Shown: one piece after another, positions 1 through 12,400 of the stretch | Position numbering within the stretch: position 1 is the first letter of the stretch | Layout: each line of letters starts with the position of its first letter | Source: Octopus sinensis | Lineage: Eukaryota | DNA: 64,000 bases | Direction of reading: 5' to 3' | NCBI RefSeq assembly: GCF_006345805.1 | Contig: NC_043018.1 | Coordinates: forward strand, 16,802,001 to 16,866,000 | Program-made: the position numbers and the translations under genes | The notes under the pieces: model-generated | What the model was told of the DNA's origin: nothing | What the model saw: the letters and a program-made list of their open reading frames with translations, nothing else | Database searches by the model: none

Positions 1-477
1 GCTTCCACCGCTGCCGCCGCCGCCGTACTGCCACCACCACCACCACCGCCGCCCACGCTGCCGCCCTAGGCACTGGCAGTTCCAAAAAATACATTTTTTT
101 CTGGATAATAAGAAAGATCTCGTCCAAAATTTTAATTTCCGACTCAAAATGAAAGTTCACCTTTGCTACAACATTTAATCTCAGAGAATCTTTTTGAAAA
201 CATCAATAATTCTTCGCGAGGAATGACTACTTGGCGCAGAAAAGGAATTTATTTATGTAATCTTTATTTTCTCCCCGGGTCTGGGGCGACGGTGGAGGCA
301 ACAGTAGCAAAGATCGCCTCTTTTCTGGAAAGTTCATTATAACACATAGCGGCTCCTCCGCACGGAACACACCACCATCCCTCATAACACATACATGTGG
401 GACCACTTGCGCTTTTCGTCGCTTTTTGCTCTCCTTTCCTTTTTTTATACATTGACATCTCTCTCCTCTGTCTCTCC

Positions 478-723
478 TGTAATATATATATATATATATA
501 TCTATATATATATATATATAATATATAAATTTAATGTTATATATATATATAGTATATATATATATATGTATATAGTGTATGTATATATATACACATATAT
601 TATACACATTACACATATATTTATATATAAATATGTGTGTGTTAGTGTGGATGCATATTAATATATAATATATATATTATATATGTATATATATGTATAT
701 GTATATATATAAATATACAAACA

Positions 724-762
<39 letters not shown>

Positions 763-765
763 ATT

Positions 766-801
<36 letters not shown>

Positions 802-1040
802 CATCTATATATCATATATATATATATATTATAATATATAGACATACTATATATGCCTAGTATATATATATATAGATAATACACACATATATGTGCTATA
901 TATATATATATTCATATATATATATATATAATTATATATATATATATATAATATATATATATAGACATACATATATATGTATGTATATATTATATATATA
1001 TATATACACACATATATATGTATGTCTATATATATATCTA

Positions 1041-1076
<36 letters not shown>

Positions 1077-1183
1077 ATATATATATGTATATAGATATAT
1101 ATATATTATACCTATATATATATAATATATATATATATTATTTATATATGTATATATATATATATATATATACATATATATAC
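478..1183. repeat. Compound (TA)n/(TCTA)n microsatellite
   Basis: Directly visible; explains the IY-repeat ORFs. Confidence 0.95.
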
Positions 1184-2616
1184 TTCGCCAGTACCTTCTG
1201 TTTCAGCAATTTGTTAGGCTTTCAGCTCGTGTGACATTTTGATATGTTTCAGCGGGCGGGGGTCGGAGTGGGGGGTGAGGGTGGGATCGCAATGATATAT
1301 TCCTGCAAAAGTCAGGATTTTTCTTCAAAAAAATCTAACGATGCCGCCGCCGCCGCCGTCTTCCAGCTCCAACCTGCAGAACTCCTTTCTTGTTCGAATT
1401 TTTATCCTATTTACTTTCTTACGTTTCACTTTTTATATGTCTTTTGACAATGGTTTACATTCGAAATATTCTTGCGATTTATCCCTTGTAATCCTGGGTA
1501 ACAATTCCCAGAGATGAGGAAGAAAGAACAAGTGGATCGAATCAAATCAAAAAAAAAAAAAAAAAGAAGGAAAAATGAACACCAGCAGATATAGGATATT
1601 GAGACGTGTACTGGAAGCGTATTATGGTAGCATTGATGTTATTAATGTAAATTAGATATGACAGCTCTGTAATTCTTTAAATGGCTTGGTTTGGCATAGC
1701 GTGCTAGCACGTCGCTTCCTTTCGGTTTAGCTATTATTAAATATTCGTTTGCAATTAGCTATCAGGTGAATTATGCAGAAACCTTCCCTCTCACTCCTCA
1801 TCCCCCCACACACACACATGCATGCAACCTTTAAACTCACATACTTTGATATAGATCCCCAAAATACATTTAGCCATGTACGCATGCAGTTATGTAGGTA
1901 TGTATATATGTGTGTATGCATCTATGTATGTGTCTATTTACCAGTGTAAAACACACACTTTTGTTGTGTATATATTATATATATATATATAATATATATA
2001 TATACATACATATATATATACATATATATATATATATAGTATATATATTATATATATGTATTATATATATATATATATTTATATACACACATATATATGA
2101 AACTAAAATATATACATCTTTAGTCATGTATGTTGGTAGGTATGTGTATACGTGTGTATATGTGTGCGGTGTGTGTGTGTGTGTGTCTGCGTTTATCCAT
2201 ATATGTATACATGCATGGATGATATACATCTACGTCTCCAAATATGAGAGGATATCCATCTCCGTGTACTTTCAACAAGTACGAATACATACATACACAT
2301 TCATGCACACATATACACATTCATGCACACACGCACACACATACACATATTCGTCCATATTCACATCCGCACATTCACACACATAGGTATTTGAGAACCA
2401 TATTCTATTAGTATATTTCATATAAAGAGAACTATGCATATTTCTTTAATTATATATCTTTACATAAGCGTAGAAAATAATTCAATGTGTGTATGTGTGT
2501 GTGTACCTGTGAGTGTGTGTACGTGTTTGTGTATGTCTATGTGTGTGTGCATGCAGTTATATTTACCGCTTCAATAAATTGCAACAATAAGACGTTTTAG
2601 GGAAGGGTCTGCCAAA

Positions 2617-2698
<82 letters not shown>

Positions 2699-2835
2699 AT
2701 GAGTATGTGTGCGTGAGTATGTACCCATGTATGTATGTGTCTATATAAGTGTGTGTTTGAAGGTTCCTTAAATTCCTGGTGGAATCGTAAACGCGCCATA
2801 ATGATCCTTGTCATTTTAAGCTTTATGGCTGCTCT

Positions 2836-2927
2836 CCAATGAGTGAAAACTGCAGAAGCTTTTCTTTTTGAGGCAGCACAATTATAATGTAGATGTGGAG
2901 GGGCGGGACCGGAACGCATGCGCGGGG
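2836..2927. promoter_or_regulatory. Possible TATA-less promoter motif cluster (CCAAT, GC box, ETS-like, NRF1-like)
   Basis: CCAAT at 2836; GGGGCGGG-ACCGGAA-CGCATGCGC contiguous at 2899-2923 in AT-rich DNA. Confidence 0.35.
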
Positions 2928-3347
2928 AATCAATATTTGCAGTGAGAACTCTGATTTGTATCACAGTCACCGTAATCGGCAACAATTATGGACTATAAAA
3001 GACGTTAAAATATTTTACTGCCAGAACAGTTCTCTACAGTTGACATTCTAAACTGTGACCTATAGAAATGTTAAAACAATCAGAACCAAGTTTTATTTAT
3101 TGTTGTTTTTCAATTTCAAGAGTGAAACGTTGGAAACTATTATTATACAGCACAAAATCAATAAATACAAGAGCTAACCTTGATATTAAGAGGTTATCTA
3201 GATTTCTAATAGTTCTATGGAAACATTCGACGATGCAACTGTATGTATATGTGTATATGTACACACACACACAAACACACACACATACACACACGCGTGT
3301 GCACATATCTATCTATTTATATATATTATACATACACATACATATAT

Positions 3348-3712
3348 GGTGGTTGTCCATTCCTTGTGCAGAGTTTGACCACCTCCTGTACCTACGCCTT
3401 AGCAGCATCATGGCATCTGATGTGGCTTTTTAAACCAGACAATGTTCTGAAAAGATACCCACAAAAATTTGCACGTCCGATTTGGGCCACCAAGAGCTGC
3501 AGATAAGTTCTGCTCTTTGTGGGTCTTAAAATGTCTCTGGAAGGCTCCATTGGATTTGAAAACCTGGCATACACTGCATTCAAATGTGTGCACAGACATA
3601 TAGGCAGAATAGTTGGTGGTGGTTTGTTATCCATGCGTTCGGAGATGAGATTTGAGGCCAGAAAAAGACAGGCAAGGGTTGTCACAGACTGTGCGCACGA
3701 AAAGGTTATTGT
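3348..3712 (-). mobile_element. 5'-truncated RTE-type LINE 3' end with three decayed C2H2 zinc fingers
   Basis: FV[R]TVCDNPCLSFSGLKSHLRTHG*, FECSVCQVFKSNGAFQRHFKTH and, after a frameshift, CKFCGYLFRTLSGLKSHIRCH; short 3' UTR ending in microsatellite. Confidence 0.7.
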
Positions 3713-3747
3713 CATTCACCTTCTCTAAAGTTACATTCTTCCTTAGA

Positions 3748-3890
3748 TCTACCTACCTACCTACCTACCTACCTACCTACCTACCTACCTACCTACCTAC
3801 CTACCTACCTACTTACCTACCTACCTACCTACCTACCTACCTACTTACCTACCTACCTACCTACCTACCTACCTACCTACCTACCTACCA
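3748..3890. repeat. (ACCT)n microsatellite
   Basis: Direct. Confidence 0.95.
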
Positions 3891-4159
3891 ACATACATGC
3901 ATGCATACATATATACTGATACACACACATATCTACACACAGTTGTAGATGTGTGTATTTGAGTATGGAATTATAAAGATTTATTTTGAAGAATCAAAAT
4001 GTAAAATTTAGTTATCGTTAAAGTGGAGCAATCATGAAATAGCAGCAGTAGCAGCAGTAGTAGTATTAGTAGTTGTAGTAGTAGTAATCTGTCAGTTTTC
4101 CTACTTGAAGATTGTACCCTGTAGACATAAAAACACATAAGAGAAGGTGGGGCAGAGCA

Positions 4160-4330
4160 TGGACGTGACCGGTAAACTTGCTAGAAATAATGACCAAATG
4201 TTTCTTAAATCATACCTTTTTCGTCCGCAAAATACATAAACGGTCGTACTGAACAACGGTGTCCAATAAGGCGTAATGGTCATGGCTGGAATGCCTTTCC
4301 GCTTATGTTTGACAAATCAAGGATTAACGC
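4160..4330 (-). mobile_element. Old dispersed repeat, family G
   Basis: Shares CTAGAAATA and GGTCATGGCTGGAATGCC motifs with 7595-7745, 22725-22915 and fragments near 17670, 21780, 39765, 40920. Confidence 0.4.
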
Positions 4331-4414
4331 TTGCTAAAAACGGTTTCGTTGTGTTGACCAGCAAGTTTCCCTCGGTAGGGAAATGATCTAGAGCTGTGTA
4401 ATAGCTAACAATTA

Positions 4415-4590
4415 GTGTATTTTGTAATTGCGCTGTTTATTATGAAGTATTACAAAGTTTTATCGTACTTGGTCACGAAACTCAATCCTATAGGCCATAG
4501 GTTTGGCCAGACAACAAAAATCTGAGAGTGCGACGAAACTTTGTAGCACTTCATAATAGACAGATACAGAATTTAGAAATATACGAAGAC
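4415..4590. repeat. Decayed inverted repeat, MITE-like
   Basis: 4438-4469 pairs with 4527-4558 (27/32; all mismatches are transitions); weaker pairing extends outward. Confidence 0.55.
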
Positions 4591-5039
4591 GCAACATAAC
4601 TTGTTTTGTGACATTTTTTATTGGCTACAGTGATTCGATTGCTGCGAGTTGACAAGAAATATCGATTTGTAAGTAGTGGGGGAAATCGATTCCCATATAA
4701 TGGTTGGTAGATATTTTATCTGCTCTCCTTCTACGTGATCAAATGACCTTCTAGATATAGAAACAACAACAACAACAAAAGCAACTAGACCAGAAAATGT
4801 AGGAGTTAAGAGTCGGGGAGAGACTCTTAAACGACTCAACCAGAATTGGTACAAAATCAGGAAAGCAGTAATTACCCAAGTGATCAATGACCAGGAAAGC
4901 GATCATATTCTCCTTATTGGCCAAGTCATATCAAATATAGTCACTACCATGTCACATGACGTGATATACAGACACGCGAGTGTGCGCACATCTGTGTGTG
5001 TGTATCTGTGTCTGTCTATGTGTGCGTGCGTGTGTGTGA

Positions 5040-5147
5040 CTGCATATATATATATATATATATATACATGCAAATCCACACACACACACACATATATACA
5101 TATATACACAGGCATACACTTACAAATATACATGTATGCATACATAA

Positions 5148-5189
<42 letters not shown>

Positions 5190-5310
5190 ACACATACATA
5201 TATATACACAGACATACACTTACAAATGTACATGTATGCATACATACATGCACACATATATATATATATATATAATATATATATATATACATTCATACAT
5301 ACATACATAC

Positions 5311-5343
<33 letters not shown>

Positions 5344-5350
5344 ATATATA

Positions 5351-5388
<38 letters not shown>

Positions 5389-5460
5389 TATATACATATA
5401 TATATATATAAGCATGTATATGTGTGGTGTGTGGACACATACACACATACACATATATAT
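5040..5460. repeat. (TA)n/(CATA)n microsatellite
   Basis: Direct. Confidence 0.9.
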
Positions 5461-5779
5461 CCAAATCCCAGTCAGCCTCCATCAGTCTTCTTCCGGTTCT
5501 TTGATTGCAAGTGAATAAATCCGGCATCACTTTTTGTTATTACTCCAATTACGGAAATGTTAATCACCGTTGCATCCCAACTCTTGTCTTTGAATTCTCT
5601 ACTCTTCACTTACAGCTGGGAAGCATTCAACCGCTACACAACTGTCCTACCACATTTGTACCATCTTTCACAGCTGTTTCCGGATCAGCAGAATCATCCA
5701 ACTTCCTTGCTGCCCTCATCCAACCCTCACCTCCTCGTCTCTCTAAACTTATTCTCTCTCACTTTACTTAACAACATTC

Positions 5780-5810
<31 letters not shown>

Positions 5811-5863
5811 TGTATGTATGTATGTATGTATGTATGTATGTATCTATCTATCTATCTACCAAC

Positions 5864-5918
<55 letters not shown>

Positions 5919-6470
5919 ACTCTCTGTCTGTCTGTCTGTATGTTTGTCTGTCTGTCTGTCTGTTTACACACACATACGTACAAACACACACACAAACACA
6001 CACATACATATATAATTTTGTCCTTCGGGCATTATGCTTTTATTTGTTTCTTCTGTCTCATTTCGATTCAGTGCCTCTCTCTCGCTCTCTCTCCCTCTCA
6101 CTATCTGTCTGTCTGTCTGTCTCTCTCTCTCACTCTCTCTATCTAATTATCTATCTATCTATATCTATCTATCTACCCACCTACCTACCTATCTATTAAT
6201 CTATCTATCTATCTATCTATTTATCTCTCTCTCTATCTATCTATCTGTGTGTCTGTGTGTCTGTCTGCCTGTCTGCCTGTCTGTCTGTCTATCTCTCTCT
6301 ATCTATCTATCTATCAATCTCTCTCTCTCTCTCTATCTCTCTGTGTCTCGATCTATATGTACTCATCTCTTTCTCAATTTACATCTTTCTCTCTATTAGT
6401 TTCTTTATTCATCTCCCTCCTTCTCTTCTCTCTCCCTCTCCCTCTCCCTCTCTCCCCCCTCTCTCTCTCT
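5780..6470. repeat. Compound (TATG)(TATC)(TCTG)(TC) microsatellite
   Basis: Direct. Confidence 0.95.
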
Positions 6471-6567
6471 GTTTATACTTGGCATCTAGAATGGATATCA
6501 CCGTATGAATTGTCCCTGGTGTATCCTACACGGAATGATCGATGTGTTCGATAGCGTAGTAACTCAC

Positions 6568-6582
6568 CCGACGTTGGATTTG
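6568..6582 (-). CDS. Candidate 15-nt microexon
   Basis: Minus strand: ttttatttattttcaaag|CAAATCCAACGTCGG|gtgagt; frame-preserving; no transcript evidence. Confidence 0.2.
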
Positions 6583-7594
6583 CTTTGAAAATAAATAAAA
6601 CAGACACAGTATTTTCTTTATTTTAGCCGGAATGTTATAAAACGGCTTTCATCTTCTTCTCCTCTTTCTCTTTCTCTGTTAGAAACGCAAGTCTCAATCG
6701 ACATCATTACAAGTAAATCTAACCATCACAATCTCTTCTTCTCGGCAGTCATCGTCGTCGTCGTCGTCGTCGTCGTTGTCATCGTCATCACCATCATCTT
6801 CAGAATTACTGCAGACTCAATCCCCCACACCAATGTCCTAAACAAAACCACCCATTAGCAAAAAAAGTAATAACCAAAATTCTCTCAAATCTCAACCTAA
6901 AACCAAAAAAGATAAGAAAATCACAATGAATGATGTAGTCCCAGGTAAACTTTGACTAAAACAAGTTGGAATTGTTTCACTGAAAATTTTGACAACAACA
7001 AAACAAAAATAACCAACGAGATAACTAATACGATCTTCATCGTCAGTGAATATGGTTTACAGCAATCAGTACCACCACCACCACCACCACCACCACCCAT
7101 AGCCACCAAAGTGACTATCAATATATCTACTTAGGCCAATTAAAAATTAATTAATATTAATTAGTTAGAGACGTTAACATATTGTTGTATTGTCGAGTGA
7201 TACTGACACAGAAAGAGCAATACTTTTTTTTCATGTTTATGGAGAATGATGGCGAGAATGATTCCACTTGGAATTCTCGATAAAGTAAATTGATCTCCAT
7301 CGGCTACGACCATTCAGCTGTTCGATCCACTGAACTCATTGAATGAACCATGATACGATTCTCGGGTCTTGTATAACAAATCTGGGTCTTGAAATTGCAA
7401 GTACGATCCATCTGACGGTCTTCCACAAGTTTCCGTCGAATGACTTTCACTAGTGAGCCTAAAGTCAACTCGAAGCTATGATAAAAAGACAACTGGCCAA
7501 GGCACTAGGAAGTGGGATCGAACCAAGGACGTAGTGGATGTAAGAAAACTTCTAAATTCTTCTTGTATAGTTGCGACTATTGTTCTTAAGTAAA

Positions 7595-7745
7595 TGATAA
7601 CGTCCGTCATAGGTTTGTTGTCGTTTAGCTCCAGGTCAGACCTGATGGAGTAGAGCTATGGTCAAAAGTATTTCAGCTTTGACAATCCCGTATTTTCCAT
7701 CTGTATTTCTTCTCTCAATGATGATGGTAAGGTATTTGGTGGTTA
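7595..7745 (+). mobile_element. Old dispersed repeat, family G
   Basis: Reverse-complement similarity to 22725-22915. Confidence 0.4.
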
Positions 7746-7899
7746 CTTGAGAAATTTAAGGGAATCTTCATATTCATAGATGATAAACTGAAAAGTAACT
7801 CGCTGTTAATTCGAAGAATTCCAATATATTACTAATTAAACTTAATTGCATATTTACTAGAAAACGTTAATGAAAAAAGCATTATTAAATCTCGTCTAA

Positions 7900-7980
7900 A
7901 GCCAGCTGGAGACGACGATCTCCTGGGGCTATAAAGCTAGAGTAACACCCCCCTCACCTATGTGGTTAGCCATGTTAAGA
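7900..7980 (+). mobile_element. Dispersed repeat family H fragment
   Basis: GCCAGCTGGAGA..CTCCT.GGGCTA...TTAGCCA matches 38390-38465 and the reverse complement of 18140-18220. Confidence 0.6.
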
Positions 7981-8139
7981 TGGCTTCTATACTTTACATT
8001 AGTTTATGAAAAAGTTTGATCATTACCAAAATAAAATTTAAAGGAAAAAATTAATTTCCATTTGCAAATATGTCTGGAATTTCAATACGATGAAAATGGT
8101 TAGCTACAAGTTGAGAATGGATAGGACATGATAAATACG

Positions 8140-8171
<32 letters not shown>

Positions 8172-8214
8172 AGAAAGAAAATTATTTAATTTTATTATGA
8201 AATAATCAAGAATA

Positions 8215-8385
8215 GGCGCAGGAGTGGCTGTGTGGTAAGTAGCTTGCTAACCAACCACATGGTTCCGGGTTCAGTCCCACTGCGTGGCATCTTGGGCAAG
8301 TTTCTTCTGCTATAGCCCCGGACCGACCAATGCCTTGTGAGTGGATTTGGTAGACGGAAATTGAAAGAAGCCTGTCGTATATATG

Positions 8386-8421
<36 letters not shown>

Positions 8422-8643
8422 CTTGTGTGTCTGTGTTTGTCCCCCTAGCATTGCTTGACAACCGATGCTGGTGTGTGTTTACGTCCCAGTCACTTAGCGG
8501 TTCGGCAAAAAGAGACCGATAGAATAAGTACTGGGCTTACAAAAGAATAAGTCCCGGGGTCGATTTGCTCGATTAAAGGCGGTGCTCCAGCATGGCCGCA
8601 GTCAAATGACTGAAACAAGTAAAAGAGTAAAAGAGTAAAAGAG
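8215..8643 (+). mobile_element. tRNA-derived SINE family A, full length
   Basis: A-box TGGCTGTGTGG, B-box-like GGTTCAGTCCC, internal (TA)n(TG)n, (GTAAAAGA)n tail; at least 7 homologues in the window. Confidence 0.9.
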
Positions 8644-8940
8644 AATACATCTCTAAAAGTGTTCCTAAAAGATGATCCTCGTATTCTACAGAACGATAGA
8701 AACCAGGAGAAGTTTCTGAATGGCCTCGCATCCACAAATAATCCACGGTGCTGGATATTAGTACCACCACCGTTCAATATGCATCAACTCATTCCAAATT
8801 CTACGGTTCAGTTCACACTGCTGATGTTGTTAATAAAACCGCCAAATATTCAACCAAATGTTTCAATTCTCTTCACCTTGAAGTAGGAACAACCATTAAT
8901 TTAATATCAACTTTGGATACAACAAAATTCTGTAGCTGTA

Positions 8941-9320
8941 GGAGCACTCCGTCGGTTGCGACGATGAGGGTCCCAGCTGATACGATCAACGGAACAGTTT
9001 GCTCGTGATATTAACGTGCAAGTGGCTGAGCACTCCACAGACACGTGTACCCTTAACGTAGTTCTCGCGGAGATTCAGCATGACACAGAGTGTGACAAGG
9101 CTGGCCCTTTGAAATACAGGTACAACAGAAACAGGAAAAAGAGTGAGAGAAAGTTGTGGTGAAAGAGTACAGCAGGGTTCACCACCATCCCCTGCCGGAG
9201 CCTCGTGGAGCTTTAGGTGTTTTCGCTCAATAAACACTCACAACGCCCGGTCTGGGAATCGAAACCGCGATCCTCCGACCGCGAGTCCGCTGCCCTAAAC
9301 ACTGGGCCATTGCGCCTCCA
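8941..9320 (-). mobile_element. tRNA-derived SINE family B
   Basis: Head TGGAGGCGCAATGGCCCAGT..GGTTTCGATTCCC; 13-bp TSD with 1 mismatch (8929-8941, 9324-9336). Confidence 0.9.
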
Positions 9321-9384
9321 CGCTCTGTAGCAGTAGAAGATTAGCTGTCAAGTGGCATGTAATGAAAACCAGGGTTGTGTTTCA

Positions 9385-9590
9385 TTGTACTAAGGGAGAT
9401 ATTTTCAATGCAGCCCTGTCGGCCTATCGAATATACCATTTCTGTGCAAGTACCTTCAGTTTCCAGAATCGTTGTCTTCTTCTATTGACCATCAACATGT
9501 ATCGGTCCCAATTTCTTAAAGTTGCTAGTGTTGAACTGATAAGTTCACATCTTACACATGGCCAGATTTATTCTGCATTGGGCCAAGCAG
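9385..9590 (+). pseudogene. Decayed Helitron PIF1-type helicase C-terminus
   Basis: NIPFLCKYLQFP, frameshift, then LTINMYRSQFLKVASVELISSHLTHGQIYSALGQ; resembles LQFP..AMTINKSQGQ..HGQLYVA. Confidence 0.7.
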
Positions 9591-9835
9591 ATATCTTTTT
9601 TTATCAGAATATTAAATGAGACAACAATAAAGACTGCCATAGCAAGAGCCACAAAGAATTGAATTTGCTTTCTGTTGCATATTGATTTCAAATTAAGATA
9701 TATAAAGACCTAAAGATAATATTTTCTTAAGCTACAAAATTAAAATTATTAATAAGCACAATATTAAGTTTCAGACAACATAAACACTCAGAAATAGTCA
9801 AATTTCGACGTGTATTTTACATTACAATAATTATA

Positions 9836-10347
9836 TCTATATATATAAAACTGTAGTTGTGTGAGTGTCTGTCCCCTTCGATTTAGATTCCTAACTACTC
9901 CCACATGTGGTGCAGTTTAACCAAATTCGGGTATCTTATAGTCGTGATTCATATCGAGCCCGTCTGGCTATTAGCGCGCGTCTACGATGAGTCTACGATT
10001 TCAAAAATAATTTAACATCATTTTTTATTCCATTTTAATGCATAATTTTTCGTGTGTCGATGGCGGCGGAGTTGGCGTCCACGCTCAAACACCTGCACCT
10101 GTTTGCTTCTCCCCCTTCTTCCCTCCCTCGTGAAGCTGTGGGGAAGGGAGTTTAAGGAAATCAACGTCGTAAAGCGATGTCAAAGAGACCAGCGTTCTTT
10201 TAGAACAACGACTTCATGGCTTGAAGACACCAAAACAGAAATGGCTAAGAAAGCCCGAATTGGCATCTATAAGGGAAGTAACTCTCTAAAGATGCTTATA
10301 TAGTTATTTCCCTTACAAACCCGAGCAACGCCGGGCGATACTGCTAG
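9836..10347 (+). mobile_element. Non-autonomous Helitron
   Basis: 5' TC (TCTATATATATAAAA), subterminal hairpin CCCGagcaacgcCGGG, 3' CTAG, A|T insertion site. Confidence 0.85.
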
Positions 10348-10944
10348 TATTACAATAAAAATACGCAAAACATGCTATGGGTTAACGCAAAAAATAAAAT
10401 TGTTTTTACAAATTTTGCACGCGGGTAACACAAGGCAACTCTGCTCTTATAGATATAAACTAATTACCTGACTTTCTACGTAAATGAAATTATTAAACAT
10501 TAATAACTCTGCCTCTATATAGAACATTCTATTGATGGCACAGCATAAACATGTGATGTATTAAATTTTTACTGAAGACGAATATAGTTCAGATTTATTC
10601 TTTATAATGCAAATAATACCTGGAGACCATTGCAGTCGACGCATAAAACATTCGATTAAACTTTGTTTTATTCAGCGATATTGCTACAGGTCAGCTGTTA
10701 TTAAAATCCATAAAATACGCCAGGCATACGTATTAGAACATTTATTAATACACCGAAAAGACAATATTCAGTTTACTTTTGAACAGTGAATATCTAGTAA
10801 TAAATGAATACCAGCTGCGGATACAGAGAGTAATATCATAAATAAAATGATACTGACTCTCCGTGATAATTGAAATATGCAGTTGATGTAGCAGATCAGC
10901 AGGTCAGTTAGAGAAAATAGCACAAGTTAAAAATGTAATTACAA

Positions 10945-10956
10945 ATGATGATGATG

Positions 10957-10987
<31 letters not shown>

Positions 10988-11001
10988 TAATAATGATAAT
11001 A

Positions 11002-11046
<45 letters not shown>

Positions 11047-11181
11047 TTCATAATAATAATAATAATAACAATAATGATAATAATAATAAATTGTCCTAAG
11101 AGTCGGGAAGACACTCGGCAAGAAATGGAAGAAAATTTGAAAGTAGAAGAAAAAAAAATAATAATAGTAATAATAATAATG

Positions 11182-11250
<69 letters not shown>
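10945..11250. repeat. (AAT)n array interrupted by a ~60-bp unique insert (11090-11150)
   Basis: Direct. Confidence 0.9.
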
Positions 11251-11252
<2 letters not shown>

Positions 11253-11808
11253 TGCCCTGATGCAGTACCAGGCAGTGGCTCTCATGGCTTCTGATCTTAA
11301 CTGATTGGAAGTGTTATAATGTACGTTGTTTTGTCCTGGTATAAAAGATGGGCTACAGCAAATATTCTGCTCAATACCACAGATTTGCTTGTCAGTTGTT
11401 TGACCTTAACCAGTTGAGCATGGCCCTTAGTGGCTGACGATATGTGCATCTCTGATCACGAGCAGAAGTAGTGGGGGAGCATCATAGCCATGTGTTGAGA
11501 AGGATTCTTTGGGGTTTGAATAATTCACCTCTGGAAACATGGGTGTTTCGTTCAACATCCTTAAACAACCCTTATTCAGGGACCGTTTGAGCGGGATGGG
11601 CTACTCAACCTGAAGAAAATTCTAACTGGGCCCCACCTGCAAGGTCATGTGCTGTTTATCTTGATATGAGATCACCATGTCGTGCACATATGGTTGTGAT
11701 GCATGTGCCTGGTATACCTTTATCAGACGGGTAGTCATGATGGGTATATTGGGCTTCGTATATTTTACCCCAGTGTCACTTTGATGGCATGAACTGCTCT
11801 CTCACTCA
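11250..11808 (+). mobile_element. Non-coding dispersed element, family D, embedded in (AAT)n
   Basis: 3' part is the reverse complement of 63766-64000; both copies abut (AAT)n. Confidence 0.75.
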
Positions 11809-12355
11809 ATAATAATAATAATAAATAACGTACATTTTTTCTTGGCTTAAACTGCGTTTTTGCAAGATTTGGTGAGTTAATATAAAACGAAAAAAGGAAA
11901 GACGTGATCCCCCAGGACGGAAGTTCTTTGAGGTTATCAAGGTGAAAATTTAAAAATTGTGTGTGCGCATGTGTGTGTGTGTGTGTGCACAAACACATAC
12001 ATACACACATACATTTATCTATATATTGTAATAAGAAAATGACATAAATCGCAATATATTGCCATTGGGGAATAAAATTCAAAATTCGAAAAAAAAAAAT
12101 ATCCAGAGATTCTTTAGAAATGAACTTTTTGACAAAATGGTCTCATTAACATCATATTGAACTTTACTGTAAGAAATATCTATTTTTACCCCAATGACTT
12201 CATATTAAATCTTTCTAATTGAGCAGAATTTAAAAGAACTGCTTCAGTCATTCTCGAGTATTTCGGACTCGAGAATCTTATTTTGCAGTCGCAGCGCAAA
12301 TTATTGTTAATTAAAAGCCATCTGTTTAAAATACGCGCGTGTGCGTACATACATA

Positions 12356-12394
<39 letters not shown>

Positions 12395-12400
<6 letters not shown>

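Noticed and set aside
1-69. Possible CDS end ASTAAAAAVLPPPPPPPTLPP*
   Set aside because: Low-complexity GCC/CCA repeats like many non-coding tracts here; no upstream context.
4806-4830. Perfect 9-bp hairpin
   Set aside because: A few such hairpins are expected by chance in 64 kb.
4739-4975. Open frame of ~78 non-repetitive codons
   Set aside because: No recognisable domain or good donor site.
9245-9320. tRNA genes at SINE heads
   Set aside because: A/B boxes run into SINE bodies with tails and TSDs; no complete cloverleaf was seen.
12250-12276. Perfect 10-bp hairpin
   Set aside because: Isolated; no family or function support.
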